NCBI GenBank assembly: GCA_965242865.1
Contig: CBDETK010000013.1
Span: 5,455,427-5,519,426, forward strand
Direction: 5' to 3'
From: Candidatus Latescibacterota bacterium
Lineage (GTDB): Bacteria > Latescibacterota > UBA2968 > UBA8231
Length of the DNA stretch: 64,000 bases
Shown: in pieces, positions 26,079 to 33,691 of the stretch
Position numbering within the stretch: position 1 is the stretch's first letter
Layout: each line of letters opens with the position of its first letter
The notes under the pieces: generated by a model
The model's database searches: none
The model's input: only the letters and a program-made list of their open reading frames with translations
What the model was told of the DNA's origin: nothing
Program-made: the position numbers and the translations under genes

Positions 26079-26202
26079 CCCACCACAAGTGCAGCGTACT
26101 CGGATGCCCATGCCGAATCTACTTCTCCCGCGCCGCGTGCTTGGAAACCTCGGCAATGGGAAAATCGACTTCAGCGAGACACTTGCATTCATGAGGGATC
26201 AT
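26079..26202 (-). pseudogene. relic of the DUF1156 methylase 5' end (first 41 codons, with a premature TAG)
   Basis: 124 nt align without gaps to 21651-21774, with 15 mismatches by manual count. The relic reads MIPHECKCLAEVDFPIAEVSKHAAREK* against the genuine MIPRVCKRLAEVDFPIAEVSQYAAREKSIRHG.. Its ATG overlaps the HEPN-1 stop (ATGA). Confidence 0.88.
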
Positions 26203-26594
26203 AGTACGCGTTTCTCGGCCCAACGGACGACGGCTTCGGCGATAGTGATGGCTTCGGCGTACTCCTGAGCGGTAACAGGCTCTATATCGCCGGGATAGCG
26301 CGTGGTGGTGGCGTATTTAGTCAACTTGCAGGCTTGACTGATCGGTGCTGGTATGACTTCTCCCTCGTCTTCGAGTAGTGATAATAGGCGGTCGAGATCA
26401 TGCACGTAAGGGAACTCGATGTTGCGTACGATCATCACGGCCTTGATAGATTTTTCGGCGGCCTGCTGAGCATTGAAGCACAAATTTTCGAGATAGACCC
26501 CGGGCACCTCGTTCTTTGCTTGAGTCAGGTCGCTTCGGGCGCGGTTTATCCATTCCCGGGGATCGCCAGGCGGAAAGCGTTCAGGAGGCTTCAT
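26199..26594 (-). CDS. HEPN domain protein (toxin-like), pair 1
   Basis: From the ATG at 26594: 'MKPPERFPPGDPREWINRARSDL..A......LCFNAQQAAEKSIKAV...FPYVHDL' is a classical HEPN (PF05168-like) pattern. It is the same length as pair 2 and has a 14-nt overlap with its MNT. Confidence 0.85.
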   Translation of the reverse strand: MKPPERFPPGDPREWINRARSDLTQAKNEVPGVYLENLCFNAQQAAEKSIKAVMIVRNIEFPYVHDLDRLLSLLEDEGEVIPAPISQACKLTKYATTTRYPGDIEPVTAQEYAEAITIAEAVVRWAEKRVL

Positions 26595-26895
26595 AGACGA
26601 TCCTTCCTTCCTGTAGGGCGGGCTTGATGACCAATGCGTGGGTGTCCTTATACCGCTCGACCGATTGGGGCGTGACGACGATGGCGTCAACTGCTGCGCC
26701 AACCCTGTGCAGGTTCTGATAAATCTGCCCCATAAGTTCAAGCGGGTTCGCGCACTCTTTTATAATAAGCAGATCGACATCGCTGTGGCGGTTCATGTCG
26801 CCGCGAGCAGCCGACCCAAAGAGAATGATTTTCTCTGGTTGGGCAACTTTCACAATGCGGCGAATAATGTCGTCCAGAATCGCTTGTTCGAGCAT
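26581..26895 (-). CDS. minimal nucleotidyltransferase (MNT, antitoxin-like), pair 1
   Basis: 'ILFGSAARGDMNRHSDVDLLII' (GSxxRG..DxD). Start chosen at MLEQAIL to match paralog 27338..27652. Confidence 0.85.
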   Translation of the reverse strand: MLEQAILDDIIRRIVKVAQPEKIILFGSAARGDMNRHSDVDLLIIKECANPLELMGQIYQNLHRVGAAVDAIVVTPQSVERYKDTHALVIKPALQEGRIVYEAS

Positions 26896-26955
26896 CTTCT
26901 TAATCCCACGTTCTATCGTTTGCAATCACGTTGAATGGCGTGTACCGATTGCGGA

Positions 26956-27351
26956 TTAGCCCACAAGTTCCCCGGCCCAGCGGACGACGTTTGTGGCGAT
27001 CTCTATCGCTTCGGCGTACTCCTGAGCGGTAACAGGCCCTGTGTCGCCGGGATAGCGCGTGGTGGTGGCAAATGGAGTGAGCTTTCTGGCCTGTCCAACG
27101 GCGTCCGGGATCGCTTCGCCTGCTGCCTTGAGCAGGGAAAGCAATCGGGCCAAATCATGCACGTAGGGAAAGCCGATGCCGCGCTTGAGCATCACCGCCT
27201 TAATCGCTTTCTCAGCGGCTTGCTGTGCATCAAAGCACAAGTCTTCAAGATAGGCACCGGGAGTGCGGTCTTTTGCCCGAACCAAATTGCTTCTGGCTCG
27301 ATTCATCCACTCTCGTGGGTCGTCCGATGGAAAGCGTTCAGGCGGCTTCAT
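26956..27351 (-). CDS. HEPN domain protein (toxin-like), pair 2
   Basis: 131-aa paralog of 26199..26594 ('LCFDAQQAAEKAIKAV...FPYVHDL'). Confidence 0.85.
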   Translation of the reverse strand: MKPPERFPSDDPREWMNRARSNLVRAKDRTPGAYLEDLCFDAQQAAEKAIKAVMLKRGIGFPYVHDLARLLSLLKAAGEAIPDAVGQARKLTPFATTTRYPGDTGPVTAQEYAEAIEIATNVVRWAGELVG

Positions 27352-27652
27352 ACACCACCTTTCCCTCCTGTAGAGCGGGCTTTATTACCAGCGCGTGGCT
27401 GTCCTTATACCGCTCTACAGAGTCGGGCGTGACGACGATAGCATCGACGGCTGCCCCGACGCCATCGAGATTCATATAAATATCACCCATGAGTTCAAGC
27501 GCGTTCGCGCATTCTTTTATAATGAGCAGATCGACATCGCTATGGCGGTTCATGTCGCCGCGAGCGGCCGACCCAAAGAGAATGATCTTCTCCGGTTGAG
27601 CCACTTCTATAATGCGGCGAATAATGTCGTCCAGAATCGCTTGTTCGAGCAT
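27338..27652 (-). CDS. minimal nucleotidyltransferase (MNT, antitoxin-like), pair 2
   Basis: 104-aa paralog of 26581..26895 ('ILFGSAARGDMNRHSDVDLLII'). Confidence 0.85.
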   Translation of the reverse strand: MLEQAILDDIIRRIIEVAQPEKIILFGSAARGDMNRHSDVDLLIIKECANALELMGDIYMNLDGVGAAVDAIVVTPDSVERYKDSHALVIKPALQEGKVVYEAA

Positions 27653-27688
27653 CTTTTCAACCCCATTAGCATTTGCCTGCGCGGAAGA

Positions 27689-28924
27689 TCACGACGGTTT
27701 CGGCTCCTTCCACAAGCGGACGATGAAGCGGTGCTCTTCCTCGATCAGGTCCGGCTCAGTGCCGTTGTGGTCTCGCATAGCTCTAATAATCCGATTGCGT
27801 ACACCCATGCCAAAATGCTCAACATAGCCGTAATCTCGAAGGATTTCTTTTAGCAATTCATTTCTGGCGGCCCGTAAACCTTCCTTCATCTTCTCTACCG
27901 TCACTCCATTAGGAAGACGCCCGGGCGAGATTACTTCTAGGCGATCACGATACAAAGAGACTTCGATGTCTGTGCCGACGAGCGTATAATCGCGGTGTGC
28001 AACCGCATTCACGATGGTTTCACGAACCGCGGCCCGTGGAAGCGACTTCTTGCGGCGTCTCCTTCCACCATCGAGCCACGCGACAGAGCCCATGTTACGG
28101 GCTACGAAATCTACCGCTCGGTCAATGACCCCCTTATCCATAACACTTTTTTTTGCCGATAACATCGGAACGAGAGGACCTCGAATCAGTTCTTCATCTA
28201 CAGTATTGTACGCCTTTTCATTTTCTGGGAACGCCGCCGCCGTAATGCCCGACTGCGGCAGCCTGCGGTTCGGGTTCTTGCCGAAGAGGAGCAAGCCCGC
28301 GACTGTTCCGACAGTCGTTCCCGCCGCTTCCGCAAGAAGATCAATGCTCACAAGAACTCGACGCCATTCTTCGGTATTCTGCGCCGTTGGCACATCGCGC
28401 TTCTGGATAACACGAAAGTAGTTCCCGATTCGGTCCAGATCGAGTTCCTCCAGTCCCGTCTCAAGTACGGGCTTGATGTCATAGCGCATGATACGGGCTG
28501 ACTGGTAGAGGCGTCCTTCTTCATCGCGACTTGCCTCTCGTGAACTGCTACCGACCCGCACGAACGTCCACCAAGCTTTGCCGCGTTTAGCCTTGTACGG
28601 CTTATCCGGCGCATCGCTAGGAAGAGATACTATGCCGACGGTTTTCCCCTCTCCCCAGTCCACGGTCTCCCAGTAGGGGATCGTCGCCGGACGGATGTGG
28701 GTACGCGCAGTTTCCATCACCCATTCTTCGACTTTGCTCGGCTCGCAGGTGAGACCGGAAACCGAGCCATCGTCCTCGACGCCGAGGAGAATGTGCCCAC
28801 CTTCTAGGTTGAGTAGGGCGGCGATTTCAGTGGCGAGTCGTTCGGGGCGAACGTCGGAGCGCTTGAACTCCACGCCGGAACTCTCGCCATTGCGGATTAG
28901 TTCGATCAAATCGGTTTTGTTCAT
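27689..28924 (-). CDS. COG2865-type protein (AlbA_2/Schlafen-like N-domain plus HATPase_c_4-like and wHTH C-terminal part), copy a
   Basis: 411 aa. 'LIRNGESSGVEFKR' (AlbA_2 N-terminus) and 'VNAVAHRDY...ISPGRLP' (C-terminal module). It starts 8 nt after the PHP-ATPase stop. Confidence 0.78.
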   Translation of the reverse strand: MNKTDLIELIRNGESSGVEFKRSDVRPERLATEIAALLNLEGGHILLGVEDDGSVSGLTCEPSKVEEWVMETARTHIRPATIPYWETVDWGEGKTVGIVSLPSDAPDKPYKAKRGKAWWTFVRVGSSSREASRDEEGRLYQSARIMRYDIKPVLETGLEELDLDRIGNYFRVIQKRDVPTAQNTEEWRRVLVSIDLLAEAAGTTVGTVAGLLLFGKNPNRRLPQSGITAAAFPENEKAYNTVDEELIRGPLVPMLSAKKSVMDKGVIDRAVDFVARNMGSVAWLDGGRRRRKKSLPRAAVRETIVNAVAHRDYTLVGTDIEVSLYRDRLEVISPGRLPNGVTVEKMKEGLRAARNELLKEILRDYGYVEHFGMGVRNRIIRAMRDHNGTEPDLIEEEHRFIVRLWKEPKPS

Positions 28925-28932
28925 AGTTCACC

Positions 28933-31644
28933 TCAGAATCCGTATTTCCGGCGGCGACGCTCAAAAGCATCCTTGCCACCTTCGAGAATCTCCTCAACCA
29001 TTTCCCGCACCGGGTGTGCATCAATGGAGCCTATATGTTTGGGATCAATGTAGGCATTCCCCTCGTCCCCACCTCCAGTGGCGGTGAGGCCAACGATCAG
29101 TTCGGCGTCCCCAAGCACCAAGATGTTGGCATTGTGAGTCGAGAAGACGAATTGGCGACGGCGTTTCTCCTCGCGCATTCTGGGAACCACCCCTTCGGTG
29201 ATGAATCGGTTGTCGAGGTCGTCCTCCGGCTGATCGACGATGAGCGGCGCATCGGACTCTAGCAGGAGGAGCAGCAACACAGCGGTCGCTTTTTGGCCCG
29301 TTGAGAGCGCTTCGAGTGCTTGCCATGACGGCGGTTTGCCGGAAGGAGCCGTGTTGAGCTGGATTGTGGTCGCGGGGGAAAGTTCCAACTCTTCAATGTG
29401 CATCAAAGTCTCGGCCGACGCCTCGGCAAGCCGTTGCGCTTGGGCTGGTGGAATTTTGTAGGTTCGGTGAACGGCATCCGCGCCTGTCCGACAGCTATCG
29501 ACGAATTGCGGCAGCGAGAAGTTCTCCGCTCGGGCGAGGATGGCTAAGGCCTCGGAGAGACGGCCGCGGATCTCATCGCGGAGCAACCGGATCAGCAGCT
29601 CGCGGTTGCCTGCGGCGGTGACCGCCACTTGGACGCGGGGGCGCAGTTTCTTGCTGACTGCTTGCGCGGCTCTGTCCAAACTCCTGAACTCCTCCGCTTT
29701 GATATCTTCCCATTCGGCGAGCAGCATACGCCGTCGTTCAAGGAGTTCTTTTTCTAACCGTTTCAATAAGAACTTGCGCTCCCCGAGCGGGCGAAGGTTC
29801 TCGATTTCGCGCCTAAGACGAATGAACTCTTGCCCGTCTATTGCCGATTTCTGAAGCTCGCGCAGAATTTTCTCATAGTCGGCTTGGACCTTTTCTTGGC
29901 ACTCGTTCCAGCGAGCGCGGATTTCGGCGATTCCTTCATCTGCTTGCTTTAGTGCTTCTGCAAGTTGACCCGCCAATTTATCGAGATTAGTGCTCAGGCT
30001 TTCCAATATGTCATTGCCGCCCGCAAGAATTTTCTTACCCGGTAGATCTCGGAGTGCCCTTTCAGACAAGAACACCCGGTCTATCGGGAGCTCTTGGCGG
30101 AGAAGATCGAGGCATTCGCGGAAATTCTGTAGGCGCTCGGGCATCGAATTGAGCACCCGCTCCTCGCGTACGAGCAAGCTCTTTTCTCGCAGGCGATCTT
30201 CAAGACCGACTTCTCGAAAGCGTTCTAGGGTCTCCTCAAGTCTTGGCAGGGCGGCTAGACGCTCCTCGATTTGCTGGAGCTCGGTGCATACCTCTACTAT
30301 GGACCGCCGCGTCTTCTCGAGTTCTCGGCGGAGATCGGCCTTGCGCCGGGCCGAGGAATGGTCTCGCTCGACGAAGCGGTCGAGAAGGCGCGTGAGCTTT
30401 TCGGGACTCTTGGTGAGTTCGGAAATTTCGTGCTGTCCGTACACCTCGACGCGAGGGAGTATCTCTTTTGGAAGCAGGTTCGACATATTGCCGTCCTCCT
30501 CGCGCACCACGGGCGGGTTTGGAATGGTCCGCTCAATGCGGTACTCGCGTGGCGCCGGGCGGTCACAGCGCACGAGAAGCGAGACTTTCGTCCCGCTGCG
30601 GAGCACTTGGCGCACGATTCCTTTGTGGGCCTTGTCGGCCTCCTCGCCGATAGGCTCCAATCCGAGCGCGTAGCGCAGGCTCTCGATGATGGTTGATTTG
30701 CCGGTGCCGCGCCCGCCGACTAAGACGTTCATGTTCGGATTGAAGCGAATGGCTGCACCATCCAGAAAGCCACCTTCCCAAGTCAGGGAAACGAGTTCGG
30801 CGTGGTCGTCGGGCGTGGAGTCGCTGTTCAGCCGAATTCTCGACCCGGGATCGAGAAAAGCCTGCCGTAGCCCCTCAACCGTGATCTCGGACATCTTGAT
30901 CCAGCATGTAGCCGAAGGGTCTTTCAGATCGCTCGGCTTAACGACATCCTTCGCGTTGATCGCGGCTACGGCTAGATTTTCATCTGCGGGATGGTTTCGC
31001 TGATAGTCTGGATTCTCGTTCTGGACAATTGGACGTACCTCGGGGGGCAGGCTGGCGACAGGCCCAGGGATCTGGATCGCGAGCAGGTCTTTAGCACGCC
31101 ATGCGTTGATCCGCGCTTGGCCTTCGAGTGCTTTGAAAAGCCCTTTGGCGTTTGTCACGTGCGCGGCGATGGCGACTCCGCCCTGTTGCTCGACCATTGT
31201 AAGTACCTTGTCGAACGGCTCGCTCGACAAATTCGCTGAAGGGCCAGTCTTTCGGATTCTAAACTCGCCTAGAAACCGATCCAAACTGTTCTTATCAGCA
31301 TTCGGCGGATAGATGCACAGGATGTGAATGCCTTCAGACGAAGAGAGCTCGAAACCGGGGAATATCGTGACGTTGGTATGTTGGGCGGCTTCTTGGAACG
31401 CGGCTACTCCGCTCGCGTCGTTGTGATCGGTGATGGCGAGCACGGAGACGCCGATTTCGACTGCCTGCTCGACAATGGCTTTCGCGTGCTCGCGAGCATC
31501 GCCGCTGGTTTGCTGGCCTCGGAAGGTTGCGCCGTAGCCGTGTGGGTTTACTTGGAGGGCGCATCGATGAAATACAGCACCCGCTGGCAACCCGCTGGCC
31601 TTGGCGATAGGGTCCTTAGCCCTCACACTCGACATGGTCTCCAT
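28933..31644 (-). CDS. PHP-domain phosphoesterase fused to an SMC/ABC-like coiled-coil ATPase (Ppl-like / TrlF-like architecture)
   Basis: 'FHRCALQVNPHGY', 'AITDHND', 'GFELSS' and 'IAAHV' (PHP motifs). Walker A 'GGRGTGKST', a long coiled coil, then 'LSTGQKA', 'LIVDQPEDDLD' and 'VFSTHNANI'. The start at ATG 31644 (METMSS) has GAGAGGG upstream. The longer track start 31731 overlaps the neighbouring relic. Confidence 0.85.
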   Translation of the reverse strand: METMSSVRAKDPIAKASGLPAGAVFHRCALQVNPHGYGATFRGQQTSGDAREHAKAIVEQAVEIGVSVLAITDHNDASGVAAFQEAAQHTNVTIFPGFELSSSEGIHILCIYPPNADKNSLDRFLGEFRIRKTGPSANLSSEPFDKVLTMVEQQGGVAIAAHVTNAKGLFKALEGQARINAWRAKDLLAIQIPGPVASLPPEVRPIVQNENPDYQRNHPADENLAVAAINAKDVVKPSDLKDPSATCWIKMSEITVEGLRQAFLDPGSRIRLNSDSTPDDHAELVSLTWEGGFLDGAAIRFNPNMNVLVGGRGTGKSTIIESLRYALGLEPIGEEADKAHKGIVRQVLRSGTKVSLLVRCDRPAPREYRIERTIPNPPVVREEDGNMSNLLPKEILPRVEVYGQHEISELTKSPEKLTRLLDRFVERDHSSARRKADLRRELEKTRRSIVEVCTELQQIEERLAALPRLEETLERFREVGLEDRLREKSLLVREERVLNSMPERLQNFRECLDLLRQELPIDRVFLSERALRDLPGKKILAGGNDILESLSTNLDKLAGQLAEALKQADEGIAEIRARWNECQEKVQADYEKILRELQKSAIDGQEFIRLRREIENLRPLGERKFLLKRLEKELLERRRMLLAEWEDIKAEEFRSLDRAAQAVSKKLRPRVQVAVTAAGNRELLIRLLRDEIRGRLSEALAILARAENFSLPQFVDSCRTGADAVHRTYKIPPAQAQRLAEASAETLMHIEELELSPATTIQLNTAPSGKPPSWQALEALSTGQKATAVLLLLLLESDAPLIVDQPEDDLDNRFITEGVVPRMREEKRRRQFVFSTHNANILVLGDAELIVGLTATGGGDEGNAYIDPKHIGSIDAHPVREMVEEILEGGKDAFERRRRKYGF

Positions 31645-31654
31645 TTTGGCCCTC

Positions 31655-31906
31655 TCATTCGTCCCGTGTTTTCCATTTTTCAGAAGTCTTTTGACCTTCC
31701 CTAACTTCCACCGGCTGCTTGAGCGCGTCAACGCTCAGATAGTAGTGAGCTACCTTGGTGACCTCGTGCCACGGAAATCGCACGGGGTCTCGGATCGGCT
31801 CTTGAAGCTCTGGCGCACTCGCGCAGTGGGTCACCACGTAGAGCCAGTAGCAGTCGCGGCGATCCTCGGCGACGCGCCGCTCGTTGGGCGTCAGCAGGAT
31901 AAGGAA
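31655..31906 (-). pseudogene. C-terminal fragment of a PD-(D/E)xK / DUF3883-like nuclease domain, no usable start
   Basis: Manual translation directly after an in-frame TAA (31907-31909) gives FLILLTPNERRVAEDRRDCYWLYVVTHCASAPELQEPIRDPVRF... This matches the 'f.LT.NE...A.....Y.LYvV.....P.l..I.DP' tail I remember for DUF3883-type domains. The upstream catalytic part is absent. Confidence 0.35.
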
Positions 31907-32095
31907 TTAGGGCTTTTTCGTTGAGCCAAGCGGTCGCCTCGGGCCGTGCGGCTATCGGCGGCCGATTTGTGAAATCCTCAATGAACCGCAAGAATACCTC
32001 TATTTTCTCGACGTGCATCACACGAAAAGTATCGGCGTAATCTGAGCAACCTAGACACATCGTGCATCTTCCCCGATCTAGCTGTTTTGAAAGAG

Positions 32096-33646
32096 TCATC
32101 TGAAGCTTATAAAGCTGAAGCGGTTTCGTTTCAACTCAGCCAAAAACGCTTGGCCTTCGCCTCTCAGCGTTTCCTCGCGCCACACTTGATAGATCAGGAG
32201 CCAGAAGCGGTCCTTCTCTTGGGTCTCCATATCCTTCAACTTATTGGCGCGTCTTCGTATCGCCTCCCGAATTCTCTTAATCCTGTAGCGTTTTGCGTAC
32301 TTTAGTAGTAACACATCCGAGAGGCAGTCATCTATCGCGATGACCTCTATGAACTTGTCCTCCAGCGTACTCAACTGAAGGTTATGTTTGAGCGAGTAAT
32401 ACAAGGCATGGGCGATGGCATCCGAATAGATTCTCTGAATTCCAATCACTAGGAGATGTTCAATAAAATCAAGAATGACTTTCTCGATTCCATCATAGCG
32501 ATGCTTGTCGAACACGTGCTTGTCTAAGATTGGAGCAAGATATGGATATAGCAGTGCCAAGTTGATAGTCTCCTGAACGAAGAGACGCTTAGCTCGGCTA
32601 TCGAGACTCGGAGGCACCATCTTGATAGCGTAGTTCAAAACGGCATAGGTCTCCGCTCCATGCGCTAGTTTCAGTGCCAAGTCCAGGAGCGAACGAACCT
32701 TCCCGAAGCGAACGGTTGCGCCTTTGGCTGGCAATCGGAAGTTGTTCAACTCTCGAACCCAGTCTTTTTGGATTGGAAGTGGCATCGGCAAGATTTCAGT
32801 CTTACGGTCGTTCAGAACAAGCTCGTATTCGCGCAGTTGCATCCCAAGGTCATGGATGAATTTCTCAGCTTCGTCATAGGTTTTCGCGTAAAAGGTGTAA
32901 TCGTCAATATAGCGGCTAAACCTCTCGTATCCCTTCTTGGTCATCTCATAATCAATTCTGGTCAGTATTATCTCTGAGACGACGTTGGATGAGTGTGGCC
33001 CGATCAAGATCCCATTGGTTTGTCCATCTCGGATACCCTGGGTGGCTTTGTCCAGAAGATTTCCTGCCAATAAGACCGAGCGGCACTTTTTCGACTTACT
33101 ACGACCATGTAGGGCCCATGGGATTGAATGAGTGTAGATGCTGGGAAAGCAATTTGATATATCAGTGTAAACGACATAATGCGCTCCCATCATTTCGCGA
33201 ATGTCTATTTCTTCATGCTCGAAGTGTTCCTTTCCCTTGTAATTCATTCGGAAAACACGCTCACTTGACGTTTTCCGAACAAAGAGACGGCTCACGGGTG
33301 TCTTCGGTTTTGCGCAGTGCCCTTTAATTGTCGCCCAATGCTGCTTCAGGGCTAGACACTGGACAAGGTGGCTTTCGGGATGGGGAACCCCCATCTGACG
33401 AGGGATATTGACGGCGTGTAGTGGTTCGTAGCGGATGAAATCGTGCTTTCGTTTCTTAAAGGTCTTATCCAAATTTTTTGAGTCTTTTTCTGTTGTTGGC
33501 TTTAGAAGAATGTTCGGGGCATAGGCTGAAAGCCCTTTGGAGGTAAAACATGGCGGAAGTTTTTCACTGAATAGGCCATAGTCAACCAAGCCTATGAATG
33601 CTTCGTCCTCCGAAAGGCCGAGCCCTGTCGTTTGTCTCCTTACCAT
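32096..33646 (-). CDS. reverse transcriptase, stand-alone Abi/UG (defence-associated) type with a helical C-terminal domain
   Basis: 516 aa. 'YTDISNCFPSIYTHSIPWAL' (RT motifs 1-2), 'GILIGPHSSNVVSE' (motif 4) and 'RYIDDYTFY' (YxDD catalytic motif 5). There is no maturase or endonuclease domain, and only 45 nt of upstream spacer. Confidence 0.86.
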   Translation of the reverse strand: MVRRQTTGLGLSEDEAFIGLVDYGLFSEKLPPCFTSKGLSAYAPNILLKPTTEKDSKNLDKTFKKRKHDFIRYEPLHAVNIPRQMGVPHPESHLVQCLALKQHWATIKGHCAKPKTPVSRLFVRKTSSERVFRMNYKGKEHFEHEEIDIREMMGAHYVVYTDISNCFPSIYTHSIPWALHGRSKSKKCRSVLLAGNLLDKATQGIRDGQTNGILIGPHSSNVVSEIILTRIDYEMTKKGYERFSRYIDDYTFYAKTYDEAEKFIHDLGMQLREYELVLNDRKTEILPMPLPIQKDWVRELNNFRLPAKGATVRFGKVRSLLDLALKLAHGAETYAVLNYAIKMVPPSLDSRAKRLFVQETINLALLYPYLAPILDKHVFDKHRYDGIEKVILDFIEHLLVIGIQRIYSDAIAHALYYSLKHNLQLSTLEDKFIEVIAIDDCLSDVLLLKYAKRYRIKRIREAIRRRANKLKDMETQEKDRFWLLIYQVWREETLRGEGQAFLAELKRNRFSFISFR

Positions 33647-33691
33647 AGAAATCTCCTTTGAGGACTGTCGCCTTCAAGTGACCGAGGCTGC

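Noticed and set aside
28933-31731. Long 932-aa form of the PHP-ATPase, starting at 31731 with an ATGA overlap to ORF 31728..32099.
   Set aside because: The first 29 codons (MTRSSSRWKLGKVKRLLKNGKHGTNERAK) overlap the better-supported nuclease-tail frame. The METMSS start at 31644 has a GAGAGGG RBS and directly precedes the PHP motifs.
31728-32099. The 123-aa ORF as an intact protein linking the RT and the PHP-ATPase.
   Set aside because: Its C-terminal half (..RAARRRGSPRLLLALRGDPLRECARASRADPRPRAISVARGH..) is the wrong-frame reading of the nuclease-like tail. It is kept only as part of a possible decayed segment.
32096-33691. A retron (msr/msd ncRNA), a DRT-type ncRNA or a group II intron associated with the RT.
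   Set aside because: Only 45 nt separate the RT start from the upstream gene, and the downstream junction is an ATGA overlap, so there is no room for an ncRNA. There is no maturase/En domain or intron-like flanks, and the RT motifs look Abi/UG-like.
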